A stretch of DNA of 64,000 bases from Octopus sinensis (taxonomy: Eukaryota). Shown piece after piece: positions 39,897 to 53,388 of this stretch; position 1 is the first letter of the stretch; the number at the start of each line of letters is the position of its first letter. Both the position numbers and the translations under genes were made by a program. Where the stretch lies: the NCBI RefSeq assembly GCF_006345805.1, contig NC_042999.1:123814001-123878000 (forward strand), in the 5' to 3' direction. The notes under the pieces are model-generated. The model searched no databases. It was given only the letters and a program-made list of their open reading frames with translations, and had not been told where the DNA came from.

Positions 39897-40360
39897 GTAA
39901 TTAAAAATGATCCCTGGCTTACCATCAATACAGGAAGTGCAAAAGATTGTCTTAACTGGTATGTCACACATATTGAGAAGACCATTGTCACTGTGAATTT
40001 TCTTGTCCTTCCTTCTTTATGTTCTTTGTTTACATTTTTATTTTTTATTTTTTCTCTGTCTTTCTTCCCCTTTTCTCTATCACATGACTTTGTAAATGGA
40101 CAATTTGCCTGTAGCACATAAAAGCATCCATTACACTCTCAGGAGTGGTTGGCATTTGGAAGGGCATCCAGCTGTGGAAATCATGCCAAATCAGACTGGA
40201 ATCTGGTGCAGTATTCTAACTTGGACACCCAGACAAGTAGTCCAACCCATGGCAGCAGACATTAAATGATGATGATATATGTGTATGCAAGTGTGCATAT
40301 ATATTTATATGCATATGTACGTATGTATATATGCATTTTCATATACACACACACATATAC

Positions 40361-40393
<33 letters not shown>

Positions 40394-40473
40394 GCATCAT
40401 CATCATTGTCATTGTCGCTTATAAATATTCCATGCTGGCATATCTATCTATCTATCTATATATATATATATAT

Positions 40474-40508
<35 letters not shown>

Positions 40509-41504
40509 ATGTATATACGTGCACATATTTGTTATTCATATATGTATTTATTGAATTTATTTAATCTATATCCATAAACCTGTCAGATTTTGGAATATAG
40601 CACATGTTTTGTTTTTTTTTAGTCATGTGGGACTTTGTATATAGCATTTGTAATGTTTATATGTATTTCTTATGTGTGTGTGTATTTATTTTTGTATGTA
40701 TGTGTATATGTATCTGTGTGAGTGCATGTACACATGAATACATATGTACATGTATATATATATATATATATATACATATATTAATAAATACATATATGTA
40801 CACACATACACACATGTATATGTATGTATATATACCTATATGATATATATATATATGTATGTATGTATGTCTACACACACACACACACATACACACACAC
40901 ACACATAAATAGAGAAAGAGAGTGTGAGTGTGTGATAGAGAGGGTGATTATTAATTCTAGGAAGTAATTCTAGAAATGGAAGGACAAGAAACATGAAAAT
41001 TTATAACACTCAACCCATTTGTAAAAAATTGTTTCTCTATAAATGAACATTTTGATATCATGCAACAACTTTTGAAAACATAAAATACTGTCAGTTAATC
41101 ACAGTTTTTTTGCCTTGTATGTGTGTGTGTTTGTGTGCACATGTGCATGCATGTGTGAGTGTGTGTGTTTGTGTGTATGCATATATAAAATACACACACA
41201 TACACACACACATACACAGTTGTGTTTGGTTCGAAGACAAATTTTAAAAGATAAATTTTAGTTGACACCAATATGCAACATATATGTATATAGTTGTATT
41301 CTTTTATTCTGTTATCTGTTTCAGTCATTTGACTGTGGTCATGCTGGAGCACCACCATTAGTCGAATAAATCGCCTCCAGAGCTTATTCTTTCTAAGCCT
41401 AGTACATATTCTATCGGTCCCTTTTGGCGAACTGCTAAATTATGGAGACGTAAACACACCAACATCAGTTGTCAAGTGATGGTGAGGGGGACAAACACAG
41501 ACAC

Positions 41505-42373
<869 letters not shown>

Positions 42374-42374
42374 T

Positions 42375-42520
42375 TTATGAAAAAACAAAAGACGAAGACA
42401 GGTGGTGTACAAAACAAACAGATGTATTAGTATAACGCTCAGGAATAGAAAAAGTCTTTTATGTTTCAAGCCTACACTCTTCTACAGAAAGGGACACAGA
42501 AAAAAACAAGGAGAGAAAAT
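42375..42520 (-). mobile_element. Penelope-like terminal-repeat fragment with hammerhead-like motif (copy 1 of 3)
   Basis: Homologous to 49605-49780 and 61670-61850; the minus strand reads CTTT-CTGTAGA-A-GAGT GTAG GCTT-GAAACATA-AAAG. Confidence 0.65.
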
Positions 42521-42559
42521 GGGCGAGGGATCTATGCTAATAGGACTTTCAGACTTCAG

Positions 42560-43190
42560 CAAGTTTCCAACCTTCCAGATTGGCAACATTAAAAGGAAAA
42601 GAGTGACAGCTCCTCTTAGCAGAAATCAGTGCAGATATAGAGGAAGCACTGGCTAGCATGATGGTGGAACTCAAATAACAATGAGGTGAGTCAAGGTAAG
42701 TGGGTCAATAGATGGCTGTAGAACATTATTTAGTCAAATCCATGGCCTTGAAGACATCCAAGCTGTCTACAACACATTACCAAGTCTGACAAATCTTCAC
42801 ACATGAACCAAGAGTGAAACACCCGTTTGTCTTTTGCAAATGGAAAGAGAGTTCTACCTTTAAAATCATCTCATTGGAGTGGCATCAGATCCTTAGCTAA
42901 TGGTCATTATTACTGGTGACATGATCAGGTGCTCCTGGGTGTTGTAGAGGTGATATCAATGGTCATTATACTTTGTAAGAACCACCATAGGAAGGAGGCC
43001 ACCAATTCCCTTAAAGGTGGAGTGCTGAAATAGTAATGACCATTTCTACTTTCCACAGCTCCAGACTGGCAGCTGAGAGTGAATCATACCAACAAAATGA
43101 CACACTACCCAGCAGTGTCATCTTCTCAAATTCCACCAAACAGAATCTCATTTGTATAAATCTTGGTCTGTATACTGCAGAACTGTGAAG
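42560..43190 (+). mobile_element. HERO/NeSL-like (restriction-like endonuclease) non-LTR retrotransposon C-terminal remnant
   Basis: IQAVYNTLPSLTNLHT*..ETPVC, ..GHYYW*HDQVL, APDWQLRVN, VIFSNSTKQ: matches the zinc-knuckle/RLE region (WRHDQVL, DWQLxVDL). Confidence 0.75.
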
Positions 43191-43221
43191 TTTATACATA
43201 CAGGACCTTTTACAACATTAC

Positions 43222-43447
43222 TCTTTACTCTTTTACTTGTCTCAGTCAGTTGACTGTGGCTATGCTGGAGCACCACCTTTAGTCTAGCAAATTGACCCCA
43301 GGACTTATTCTTTGTAAGCCTAGTACTTATTCTATTGGTCTCTTTTGCCGAACCACTAAGTTACGGGAATGTAAACACACCAGCATCGGTTGTCAAGCGA
43401 TTTTTTGGGGGGACAAACACAGACACACAAACATATACACACACACA

Positions 43448-43495
<48 letters not shown>

Positions 43496-43660
43496 TACGA
43501 CAGGCTTCTTTCAGGTTCCATCTACCAAATCCACTCACAAGGCTTTGTTCGGCCTGAGGCTATAGTAGAAGACACTTGCCCAAGGTGCCACGCAGTGGGA
43601 CTGAACCCGGAACCATGTGGTTCATAAGCAAGCTACTTACCACACAACCACTCCTAACGC
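43222..43660 (-). mobile_element. Full-length SINE family A
   Basis: Complete tail-to-head match, CpG-retaining. Confidence 0.9.
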
Positions 43661-43936
43661 CTAGCATTAGTGATCTAAAAAAACTAGCTGAAATAATAAT
43701 TTCCATTAATATTTCTATGTATTTATCTAATCAACTCTAATGTCATCAAAATTGATATCCAAAATGATTTAACACAATACCAAAGATTCCACACAGAAGA
43801 CTTGTAGTAAATAAAACGTATCATAAGGCTCTATTGTACAGAATGCTACATTATTCCTTGCAGACAAAAATACTACATGCAAATTCATATACACTCCCAA
43901 ACACACACACATACACATTGTTATGTCTTTGTCACT

Positions 43937-44160
43937 TTAACCCTTTGGCATTCAGATTACTCTATCAAATGCTCTATGCTTATTTATTCACATTATTTAA
44001 TCATACAGTATTTCATAGCTTTGAGATTTCAATGATGTGACATTTTAATTTTAGTTTGACTTTAAAGAGTAGGTGTGAGAGGCCAGATCAGGCTAGTGTG
44101 AATAGAAAACAGGCAGAATATTTGAGTCAGATATGGTTGGTTTAAATGCCAAAGGGTTAA
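43937..44160 (-). mobile_element. TTAA-flanked (piggyBac-type) MITE
   Basis: TTAACCCTTTGGCATT ... AATGCCAAAGGGTTAA perfect inverted termini including TTAA. Confidence 0.9.
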
Positions 44161-44404
44161 CTTATATTTTCTGTTCTTCTTTCTCTGTGATCAACACTAG
44201 AGTATTCTTAATGATGCGACAACCATAACATTTTCTTTCTAATTCAGTATTTGATAATCAAATCTAATTTTCTGTAATCTAACAATCATAATGGTAGAGA
44301 TTTTGGCATTTTAATACTAAGACGCAGATCTCTTACCAACTTATAAGTAAACAAAACGCAAATATACCCCACCCAACCTTCCTCATCAATAGCTTCACAT
44401 ATAT

Positions 44405-44829
44405 TCTTTTTTTTGTTTCAGTCATTTGACTGCAGCCATGCTGGAGCACCACATTTAGTCAAAGAAATCGACCCCAGGACTCATTCTTTGTAAGCCTAGT
44501 ATTCATTCTATCAGTCTCTTTTGCCAAACTACTAAGTGACAGGGATGTAAACACACCAACATCGGTTGTCAAGTGATAGTTAGGGGACAAACACAGACAC
44601 AAATAACAAACACACACATACATATATATATACATGTATGTATACAACGGGCTTCTTTCAGTTTCTGTCTTACAAATCCACTGATTTAATGAATTTATAT
44701 GAAGGCTCAGGAATGGCTATGTGGTAAGAAGCTTGCTTCCCAACCACATGGTTCTGGGTTCAGTCCCACTGCGTGGCACCTTGGGCAAGTGTCTTTTACT
44801 TTAGCCTCAGGCCGACCAAAGCCTTGTGA
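44405..44829 (-). mobile_element. SINE family A with inverted 5' part
   Basis: The 3' part (44405-44682) is on the minus strand and the 5' part (44701-44829) is on the plus strand. Confidence 0.85.
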
Positions 44830-45110
44830 AACAACAATGTCTATCTTTGGAACAAGTGAGGAGGGCTGGTTCCACTGCAAGTATTGTCTCTTTGTCTGTA
44901 GCTCAAAATGATAAATCTAACACTCATCTTGGGTTAAGAAATATTCAAGGAAACCAGCTGGATGTGGTGCACTTTTGATCAGGTGTTAGAAGACACAAAC
45001 CTTCATCATGCCAAGTCCATCGTGCAGAAATTCTCAACTCTCCCACAGGATATATCAATAGCATTGGCTATTTGATTTACAGTGAATCACCTGTCATTCA
45101 TCACTCCTTC
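44830..45110 (-). pseudogene. Mariner transposase remnant (third family)
   Basis: FTVNQIANAIDISCGRVE..GLGMMKVC..LTPDQK..TQDEC*IYHFELQTKRQYLQW, aligning by eye to the HTH through first catalytic D region. Confidence 0.7.
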
Positions 45111-46874
45111 ATATTCAGCCTATGAACTTTTCAGTCTACCCTTACAGAAATAGGTACACAGAATTCTTGTGTACTGTAAGATGCAACTAAAACAGCCGAT
45201 GAGTTGTTGGTCTCACACACACACACGCACACATGTGGGAGTGAGATGGAGAGAAGGTCACAAAACATTATCACAAATAAACCATCAAACTGATAGCACC
45301 ATGGTGAAAAAGTAGATGTAGTCTAGATCTAGTAGTTATATATACATACATACATGTGTGTGTACACACACATATATATATATGAATTTACCTTTTGAAG
45401 TTAAATATGCCACTAACATATTATTTTGACTAGCCTAAACCTCGTTTACTCCCCATCACTGCTTGATGCTGTATATACTCCAATCACGCAGTCTGCAAGT
45501 GCAATCAATCACTGATATTGACTGTTCTGAAATAAAGCTATGGCTTTAGAATCTGCCTAGGGTTATCTCTCTTCAGTATTTTCCACCGCAGAAGGCTAAA
45601 AAGCCTGAAATGCATCAGGGAATATGTTAGGAGGAAGCACTGGGCTGCTATGATGTTTGTACACCTTTTACTATAAGAGAGAATTTTGTTCCCCATGGTA
45701 ACTACAGTGAGTTTGCTTTTAGAAGTTAAAATATGCCACACTCAAATTTTGTATATTTCTTACCACTTTTTAGTCCTATTGTACATACACATAAATACAT
45801 ACATAGATACACACATATATATATATATCCACACATGATGGGATTCTTTCAGTTTCCATCTGCCAAATCAACCCTCAAGGTCTTGGTTTGCCAGCAACTA
45901 TAGTAGGAGTCACTTGTCCAAGATGCCACACAGTGTAACTGAAACCAGAACCATGTGGTTGGGAAGCAAGCCTTTTTATCACACAGTTATATATATATAT
46001 GTGTGTGTGTGTATGGGAAAAGATAGATAGATAGATAAATATTGACATATAGACATATACATTTACACATACACACACACACAACATATATATACATACA
46101 TATTTATGAATGAGATAGAGGGAGACACATACAATAAAATTCTATCTGTTCATACATATCACTATTTATGTTAGCATTCTACAAACACTACCATACATAA
46201 ATTTATAATAATTATATAGATATATATATCAAAGTATTTATCTATCTAGCTTTCCCACCCCTTTTTTTCTTTCCCACTCTTCCTTCTTTCTCTCTGTGTC
46301 GCCCTGCTTCTCTGTCTCCTTTCTCTTTTCTATTGGTCATGTGTGTGTGTGTAACATAGATAGATATCTATTTTTCACATATATTTAAGGTCAGATGTTA
46401 TACATAATTTGAATATTCCAATTCTCAGATGTAGGGTGGGAATAAATATTATTTCTAAGCTATATTAGCTTAGTAATGCTATTCTACCATTTTTTTCTTT
46501 CTCTCATCTGACCCACTTTCTTCAACCCTGTTAGTTTACCAAAATGGACAGGTCTTGCTTTTTACCGAAATTCTCAAAGAAGCTGTTTTGGCATTGTTAC
46601 ACAGAAGCTTGAATCATGTTCTTGCACATTGATGTTCTCATACACACCATGCAGATGACGTTCAAACAGCATATATTTATGTATATTCACTTTAAGAAGA
46701 TCAGATAACACATACACGTGCATTGCATCCTCATCACCATCGTCGTCATCTTTTATCATCATTGTGCATCCACTTTTGATGCTGGCACAGGTTGGATGGG
46801 CAATCATAGTCCAAGTCATTTCATATTCAGAATTTCTGCAATGCTTGAAATATAAACATACATACATATATATA

Positions 46875-47420
46875 TCTATTATATAAAATTCATTCTATCT
46901 GTCTGTGTGTCTTCTAGGATCTCGGGCATCCTCCATCTGATTATGCTCAAATTTGATATGTAGATACCGATGATATCAGGGCATGTATAAGTCTTGAAAA
47001 AATGACAAAAATTGACCCCAGATGAGAATGCAATCGATAAAGCTGTGGGAACGTGCATTTGTACGGGCAAGTACATCAGCTGTTGCAATCGATACTATAC
47101 ATACGTGAGAAAAATGCATGTGCAGTTTCTGCAAAAAAAGCTGGCTGGTTTGAAATAATGCCACAAAATGCAGTATATTTAAGTGACCAAAAAAGAAAGA
47201 TGCAAAAAAGATATTTACTTCAAACTTGGCATGAAGGAAGCAAAGACTATTTGGTTTCTCAAGAAGTTTTCTTTTCGCCTTAACTTCATTTAACAAATCC
47301 AAAAATTTTATTGAAATAAAGGGATGCTTAATTAATTTTTAATGAAAAGAAAACACTGATTGCTTTTTATTCTGCAGATATGATTCAGCACCGTCCATTG
47401 GACAGGGGGCGTTTTGCTCG
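46875..47420 (+). mobile_element. Non-autonomous Helitron-like element, copy 2
   Basis: A^TCTATTATATAAAA..GTCTGTGTGTC start; GTCCATTGGAC hairpin followed by GGGGGCGTTTTGCTCG^T end. Confidence 0.75.
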
Positions 47421-47439
47421 TATATTTATACATACACAC

Positions 47440-47488
<49 letters not shown>

Positions 47489-47529
47489 TACATATATACA
47501 TATAATAACTATATTTATATATTATTTAT

Positions 47530-47651
47530 ATACTCTTTACTCTATTTACTCTTTTTACTTGTTTCAGATGCATGTCTTCTGCTATAGCCCCGGGCTGACC
47601 AATGCCTTGTGAGTGGATTTGGTAGACGGAAACTGAAAGAAGCCTGTCGTA

Positions 47652-47714
<63 letters not shown>

Positions 47715-47927
47715 GTGTATGTGTTTGTGTGTCTGTGTTTGTCCCCTAGCATTGCTTGACAACCGATGCTGGTGTGTTTACGTCCCCGTCACTTAGCGGT
47801 TCGGCAAAAGAGACTGATAGAATAAGTACTGGGCTTACAAAGAATAAGTCCCGGGGTCGATTTGCTTGACTAAAGGCGGTGCTCCAGCATGGCTGCAGTC
47901 AAATGACTGAAACAAGTAAAAGAGTAA
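47530..47927 (+). mobile_element. Young SINE family A (5' truncated) preceded by an inverted SINE tail
   Basis: ACTCTTTTTACTTGTTTCAG at the left end and CTGAAACAAGTAAAAGAGT at the right end. Confidence 0.85.
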
Positions 47928-48126
47928 TATGTGTATGTGTGTGTGCATACATATACATGTGTGTGTGTGTATCTATGTATGTATGTACACGCATATATAT
48001 GCATGTCTGACTACACACATAAATACATATGTATATTTTTAGAGACGTTATGTGTGTGTGTATGTCTCTCTCTATATATATATATATTTATATATTAATT
48101 ATATAGATATATATATAAATACAGGC

Positions 48127-48245
48127 ACACACACACAGAGGCACCCCACCACCATCACCACACACATACACACACAGAGGCACCCCACCACCATCACCAC
48201 ACACATACACACACAGAGGCACCCCACCACCATCACCACACACAT
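48127..48245. repeat. 39-bp minisatellite, 3 copies
   Basis: CACACAGAGGCACCCCACCACCATCACCACACACATACA repeated. Confidence 0.9.
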
Positions 48246-49480
48246 GATAGTTTCTGTCTACTAAATTTTATTCAGAAAACATTGGTCAGCCAATGCTGGC
48301 TAGAAGAGACATGCTGAAAAATGCCATGCAGTGTGAAGTGAATGCTTCTGGTTAACTATACTTGAATATTCAACCTCACATATTTACTATAAAAAAAAAC
48401 TGGCATGTTTATCCATTTATATTTTTGTACTTGTTTTTTTTTTGTTTTACTCTTTTACATCCAATTTCCCATACTTGTATGGGTGATATGGCTTTCGCCA
48501 AAGTAATTGCCTTTTTATCTGGATACTTTATAGGGCTAAGCTACAAAGTAGGAGTATATCCATTTTACTCAGGAGTCAGGCAACTGGAATAAACCTTGTT
48601 TTGGGATAAAGCACAAAGACTGTAATAAGATATGAACTTTTGATCATGTAATATGCCATTAGTCCAACAGATTCACCCTTATGGTAATTGTACCTTATTT
48701 TTGAATATGATAAACATCTTTTTAATACACAGAATAACCCAAATATTAATTTTCTTTTTCCTTTTTGCATAAAAAAACTGAGAATCCACCACTATGTTTA
48801 GTGAGGCATTATAATCAAGTATACATACTAACACTGGAGTTCAGCTTTACATAAATTACTTTTATATATTTTATTCATTATCCAATTCAACAAGGGCACT
48901 GTGGTTGATTGGATGAGGTTCTGCTGCTACTGCTGCTGCTTTTGGTTGTAACATTATTCTGATTACCTCAGTCTGGTTAATTGAGAAAATCTGCTTCTAC
49001 AAATTCACTGATGGATAGCTAGCAATAATTATATTCCAACCACCAATTTGTAGATAAATATATAAATTTGCAAACTCCATTCTGCCAACATTAGCATAAT
49101 TAAAGAGGTTAAACGATGATTAAGTTAGGCATTTAACTAATCCTCCACCTCCTCATCGTCCACCTCCTCCTCCTCCTCCTCATCATCATCATCATCACCA
49201 TCACCATATCATTATCATCATCATTATCAGTTTTCGATGCTGAAATGGTTTTGGTGGGGAAAAAATATGCTGTATGATTATGTTATCTTGAGTCCTGTGC
49301 AGAAATTCACTTCGAGGCAAGAATTCAATTCTCTTCGTAGTCACACTATTTTCTAACAGACGATGACATACACATGCTCAATCTTGGTATTATCAACCAC
49401 ATTAATCTCATAAGTCTGGAAGAATTTGAACAAGTCATGGCCTCTGTGTTTTTATTGTAACTCATTGAAAATAGAAAAAG

Positions 49481-49511
<31 letters not shown>

Positions 49512-49604
49512 GAATCAGGCACTTAAATATGTTGGAAACAGTTGCAGTGAATTGACACTTTATCTATCTGCTGCTATTTATTTATGTATATATATATAAA
49601 GTTC

Positions 49605-49780
49605 AAATTTATAGAAAAACAAAGATGAAGACAGGTGTAGGAAAGCAAGCAAGTGTATTGGTATTACACTCGGGAAAAATGGAAAAGTCTTTTACATTTC
49701 AAGCCTATACTCTTCGATAGTAAAGGAATAAGGGGAAATAAATAGAGCGAAAATACGGAAAAAAGTATACAGTGAAGATT
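49605..49780 (-). mobile_element. Penelope-like terminal-repeat fragment with hammerhead-like motif (copy 2)
   Basis: The minus strand reads CCTTT-A-CTATCGA-A-GAGT ATAG GCTT-GAAATGTA-AAAG. Confidence 0.6.
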
Positions 49781-50345
49781 AACATTTTAGAGTGCAATGG
49801 TGGGTTTGGGTAGTGTTTAGGTGACTCTCCTGCATCTAATTGCTGTCGTGTTCTCCTGCTGTTGTCAAAGAGTATTCATTTCTCATCACAAGTAATAATT
49901 TGATGCAAAAATGGTCTTTTTCCATTCGAGAAAGCAGTAATGAGCACACTTCGAGGTGTCAGTTTTTTTGTTTTTTTTTTAAATCTCATTCAGTTGATGT
50001 GGAACAAACCTATCTGTTTTCTTCACTTTTCCAATCTTTTACAGGTGTCAAAAAACAGTTGTGTGAGATGATTGGAGTTCTGATGACAGTTTTGAAACCT
50101 TTGTTCTCAGATTTTGTTCAAACAAAACATTTAATCCATCATCATGCCGAATAACTGATTTTGGCCTACCCCTTGGTTTATTTTCAAGGCTATCATCTCT
50201 TGAACAAGACCTTTGGAACTATCTCTGAACAGTTCTGATGTCAACAAAACCATTACCAAAGGCCTACTTGATATTCTATAGAACTTCTGTGGTAGAGTGA
50301 CCCAGTTTGTACTCATACAAGAAAAATCACTCAACATAGTGGGTA
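49780..50345 (-). pseudogene. Mariner transposase remnant, cecropia/Hsmar1-like
   Basis: VIFLYEYKLGHS..RGRP..KIGKVKKTDRFVPHQLNE..PFLHQIITCDEK*ILFDNSRR..SPKHYPNPPLHSK. Confidence 0.85.
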
Positions 50346-50506
50346 TGAATTTTGTATACCAATATTGTTGGGAAAGAAAAAGAGTCAAGATTAAATGTAA
50401 GATATACATAATTGAGTTTTTAAATGACTGAAATAAGTAATTAAAAATGTGACATTTCATGTGAAACAACCTTATATATATATGTGTGTGTGTATATATA
50501 TATTTA

Positions 50507-50594
<88 letters not shown>

Positions 50595-51464
50595 CTAAAC
50601 ACCCACCCGTGCACACATGCACACACACACACATACATATATACTCATGCTCTGAGTTCTGCTTTTACTGTTTGTATTACCAAACATATATGAAATTTCT
50701 CATATGAAATAGGTTATTTTGTTGTACTATCTAAGGAGGAGGATAGATCTAATGTGTTGGCTGTTTTGACTAATTAGCTATAAACATTTCTTTGAATCTA
50801 CTATAAGTAAATTCCTAAAATTTATGATTTTTTTGTAGTTTTGATTCCTGATTCCCTTGGAATTTTACTGACATGCAAGCTGACAAGGAAGTAATTAATC
50901 TCTGAACTGCTTAAAACTGAAAGAATATATAATAATGAGCTTCTTTTGTTTTATTTATTTGATATTGGTATTAGTGAACAAAGGCAACTGTTAGATTGTT
51001 AGTTACAGGTTTCCAGAAGGTCATTCACTGGACCAATCATTGGTTCACTGCAGTTCTAATAGATGGAGTAACAACAGAGTACATGCTATTTGGTGCAGAT
51101 CAAATGTTGCATAGAATGTTGCTCAAAGAGTGTCAGTGTCTGGGTTTTCTCAATGATTTTCACAATATCCACCAAAAGATATACATACACACATAGAAAG
51201 TGCATGTACACACACACATATACATATTTACATACATACGCAAATATATAAACATACACACATATACACTGCTCTCATCATATTTATTCTGATTCTTCTA
51301 TTTGTCATGATTTGGGTGAGCCTAATTTTGAGGCTATATTTTATGACTGGATGCTCTTCCTGGCTCATTTCCTTTCCATCAGCTTTTGTTACATGTCAGG
51401 ATATAGTACATATATTCTAAAAAAGGAATATACATAGACATATTCCAGCTTTAGAATTAGATAA

Positions 51465-51965
51465 CACAAGGTGCTTCATAAAGTTCCCAGATTGCAGATA
51501 CTGCAACTGTAGTGTTTAACAGAATTGTATGTTTGTCTGTGCTACTGGCAATCATTCATAGCTAGCTTATTGAGTAGACCAGCATATATGCTCCATTCTA
51601 TTTATATGCATTCAATAATTATTTGAAGTTTTAAGGTAGAGAGCTGGCAGAATCTTTAGCACACTCAGCAAAATGCTTAGTGGCATTTTGTCAATCTTTA
51701 CATTCAGAGTTCAAATTCAACTGAGGTTGACTTTACCTTTCATCCTTATGGGGTTGATAAAATAAGTACCAGTTGAATACTGAGGCTGATGTAATCCACT
51801 TAATTCATAGCATGACCACATAAAATTTTGAAAGGTTTTGAAATGTTTTATCAGTGTTTTTGGTGAACATGTATTAGGTTGAACAGAGGTTTTGAATGAT
51901 GTGGTCATTCTGAGGCTGGTAGAGTGTCCTTTCAAGTGGATGAGTATTCAATGTGACCTGCAGTG
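51465..51965 (+). mobile_element. Decayed mariner-like fragment interrupted by SINE family B (51637-51800)
   Basis: FEM..FGEHVLG*TEV..AGRVS resembles a mariner N-terminus; very degenerate. Confidence 0.45.
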
Positions 51966-52139
51966 GAATTGAGTCCAAAATGGCATAGCTGTGAAGCAAA
52001 CCTCTTAACAACACAGCCATGCCCATGTCAAGACACGTCTATTTTTATAGAGATATTAATCCAATTTTTGACCTAGTAATATGAGAAAATAGATGTGAAA
52101 TTGTTTGAACATTTAGTTGGTTGATAATCCTTTCTACTA

Positions 52140-52320
52140 TAGACACTAGGCCTGAAATTGTGAGGGAGGAGTTAAGTCGATCACAACGAGCACAACTGGT
52201 ACTAATTTGATTGACCCCAAAAGGATGAAAGGTAGAATTTGAACTCAGAATGTAAGGATGGATGAAATATCACTAAGCATTTTGCCCAGCATGCTAACAA
52301 TTCTGCCTGCTCACCACCAC
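52140..52320 (-). mobile_element. SINE family B
   Basis: ggatgaaaggtagaatttgaactcagaatg..cattttgcccagcatgctaacaattctgcc. Confidence 0.75.
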
Positions 52321-52811
52321 TTTGTGGGTTAATAATGATTTCAAATTTTACTCTCATTATTCTGTTTCTACAACCACCACCACCACCACCAATATCATCA
52401 TCTTTTTTTTTATTATATTTGGAAACTTTTTAAAATGCCTGAAAATGTTTTGTCTGACAAGAATTCCAAGACTCTAATAAATCATTTCTTTGGTGAGTTC
52501 AGCAGCCTTTGACAAAACATCTTGCTAATTACATTTTCTTGTTGCCAACACTAAAGCGCCATGCTGTATTCTAGCTAGCATCTTGTCATATCTGGGTCAA
52601 AAGAAAAAAAGAGAAAACACACTCAATATGAATATATATATAACAAACAGCCAACCATAGAACTGATTATTAATACTGCAAAGCTTGTATGAGAAACTCC
52701 ATGTAGCATTCCTGAGTTAGTCATGTTGATGTTATTGGTGTTGCTTAGAACTGATTGATAGCCTTGTTAGAGCAAATTATCCTCAAAAGTTTTCCAGCAA
52801 TGCCTATCTCA

Positions 52812-53349
52812 TACTTGTTTGTCATTGAACTGCAGCCATGCTGGGACCCTGTCTTGAAAGGTTTTAGCTGAACAAATTGCTCCTAGTAATTATTTTTTTA
52901 AAGACCGGTACTAATTCTATTGATCTCTTTGCTGAACTGCGATGTTACTGTGATGTAAACAAACCAACACCAGCATTTAAGCAATGGTGGGAGACAAGCA
53001 CATACACAAGCACACACACACACACATGTATATGTATGTGTATGGTATGTCATGGACTCTCCTGTCATTAGACAATGTATGAGGGTTCGGCAATTTCTTG
53101 CTGAACAATCACACAGATGATTTGTTTATAGTGATAAAATGCTTGTGTTTACATAAGCACACTCCCTCCATCAAATCAACATTACCTGTACAAGTGCACT
53201 ATGTGCCACGTGTCAGATGACAAAATGATTGCAGAGCAATGTGAAATGAAGTTCTTTGCTCAAGAACACAACACAATGTCTGACCTGGGAATCAAAACCA
53301 CGATTTCACAATCATGAGTGCAACACCCTAACCCCTGAGTCGTGTACCT

Positions 53350-53388
<39 letters not shown>

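Noticed and set aside
45577-45680. Acceptor followed by IFHRRRLKSLKCIREY..
   Set aside because: It resembles the FHxRxLRxIL motif of LINE RT C-termini and terminates without a good donor, so it is more likely a TE fossil.
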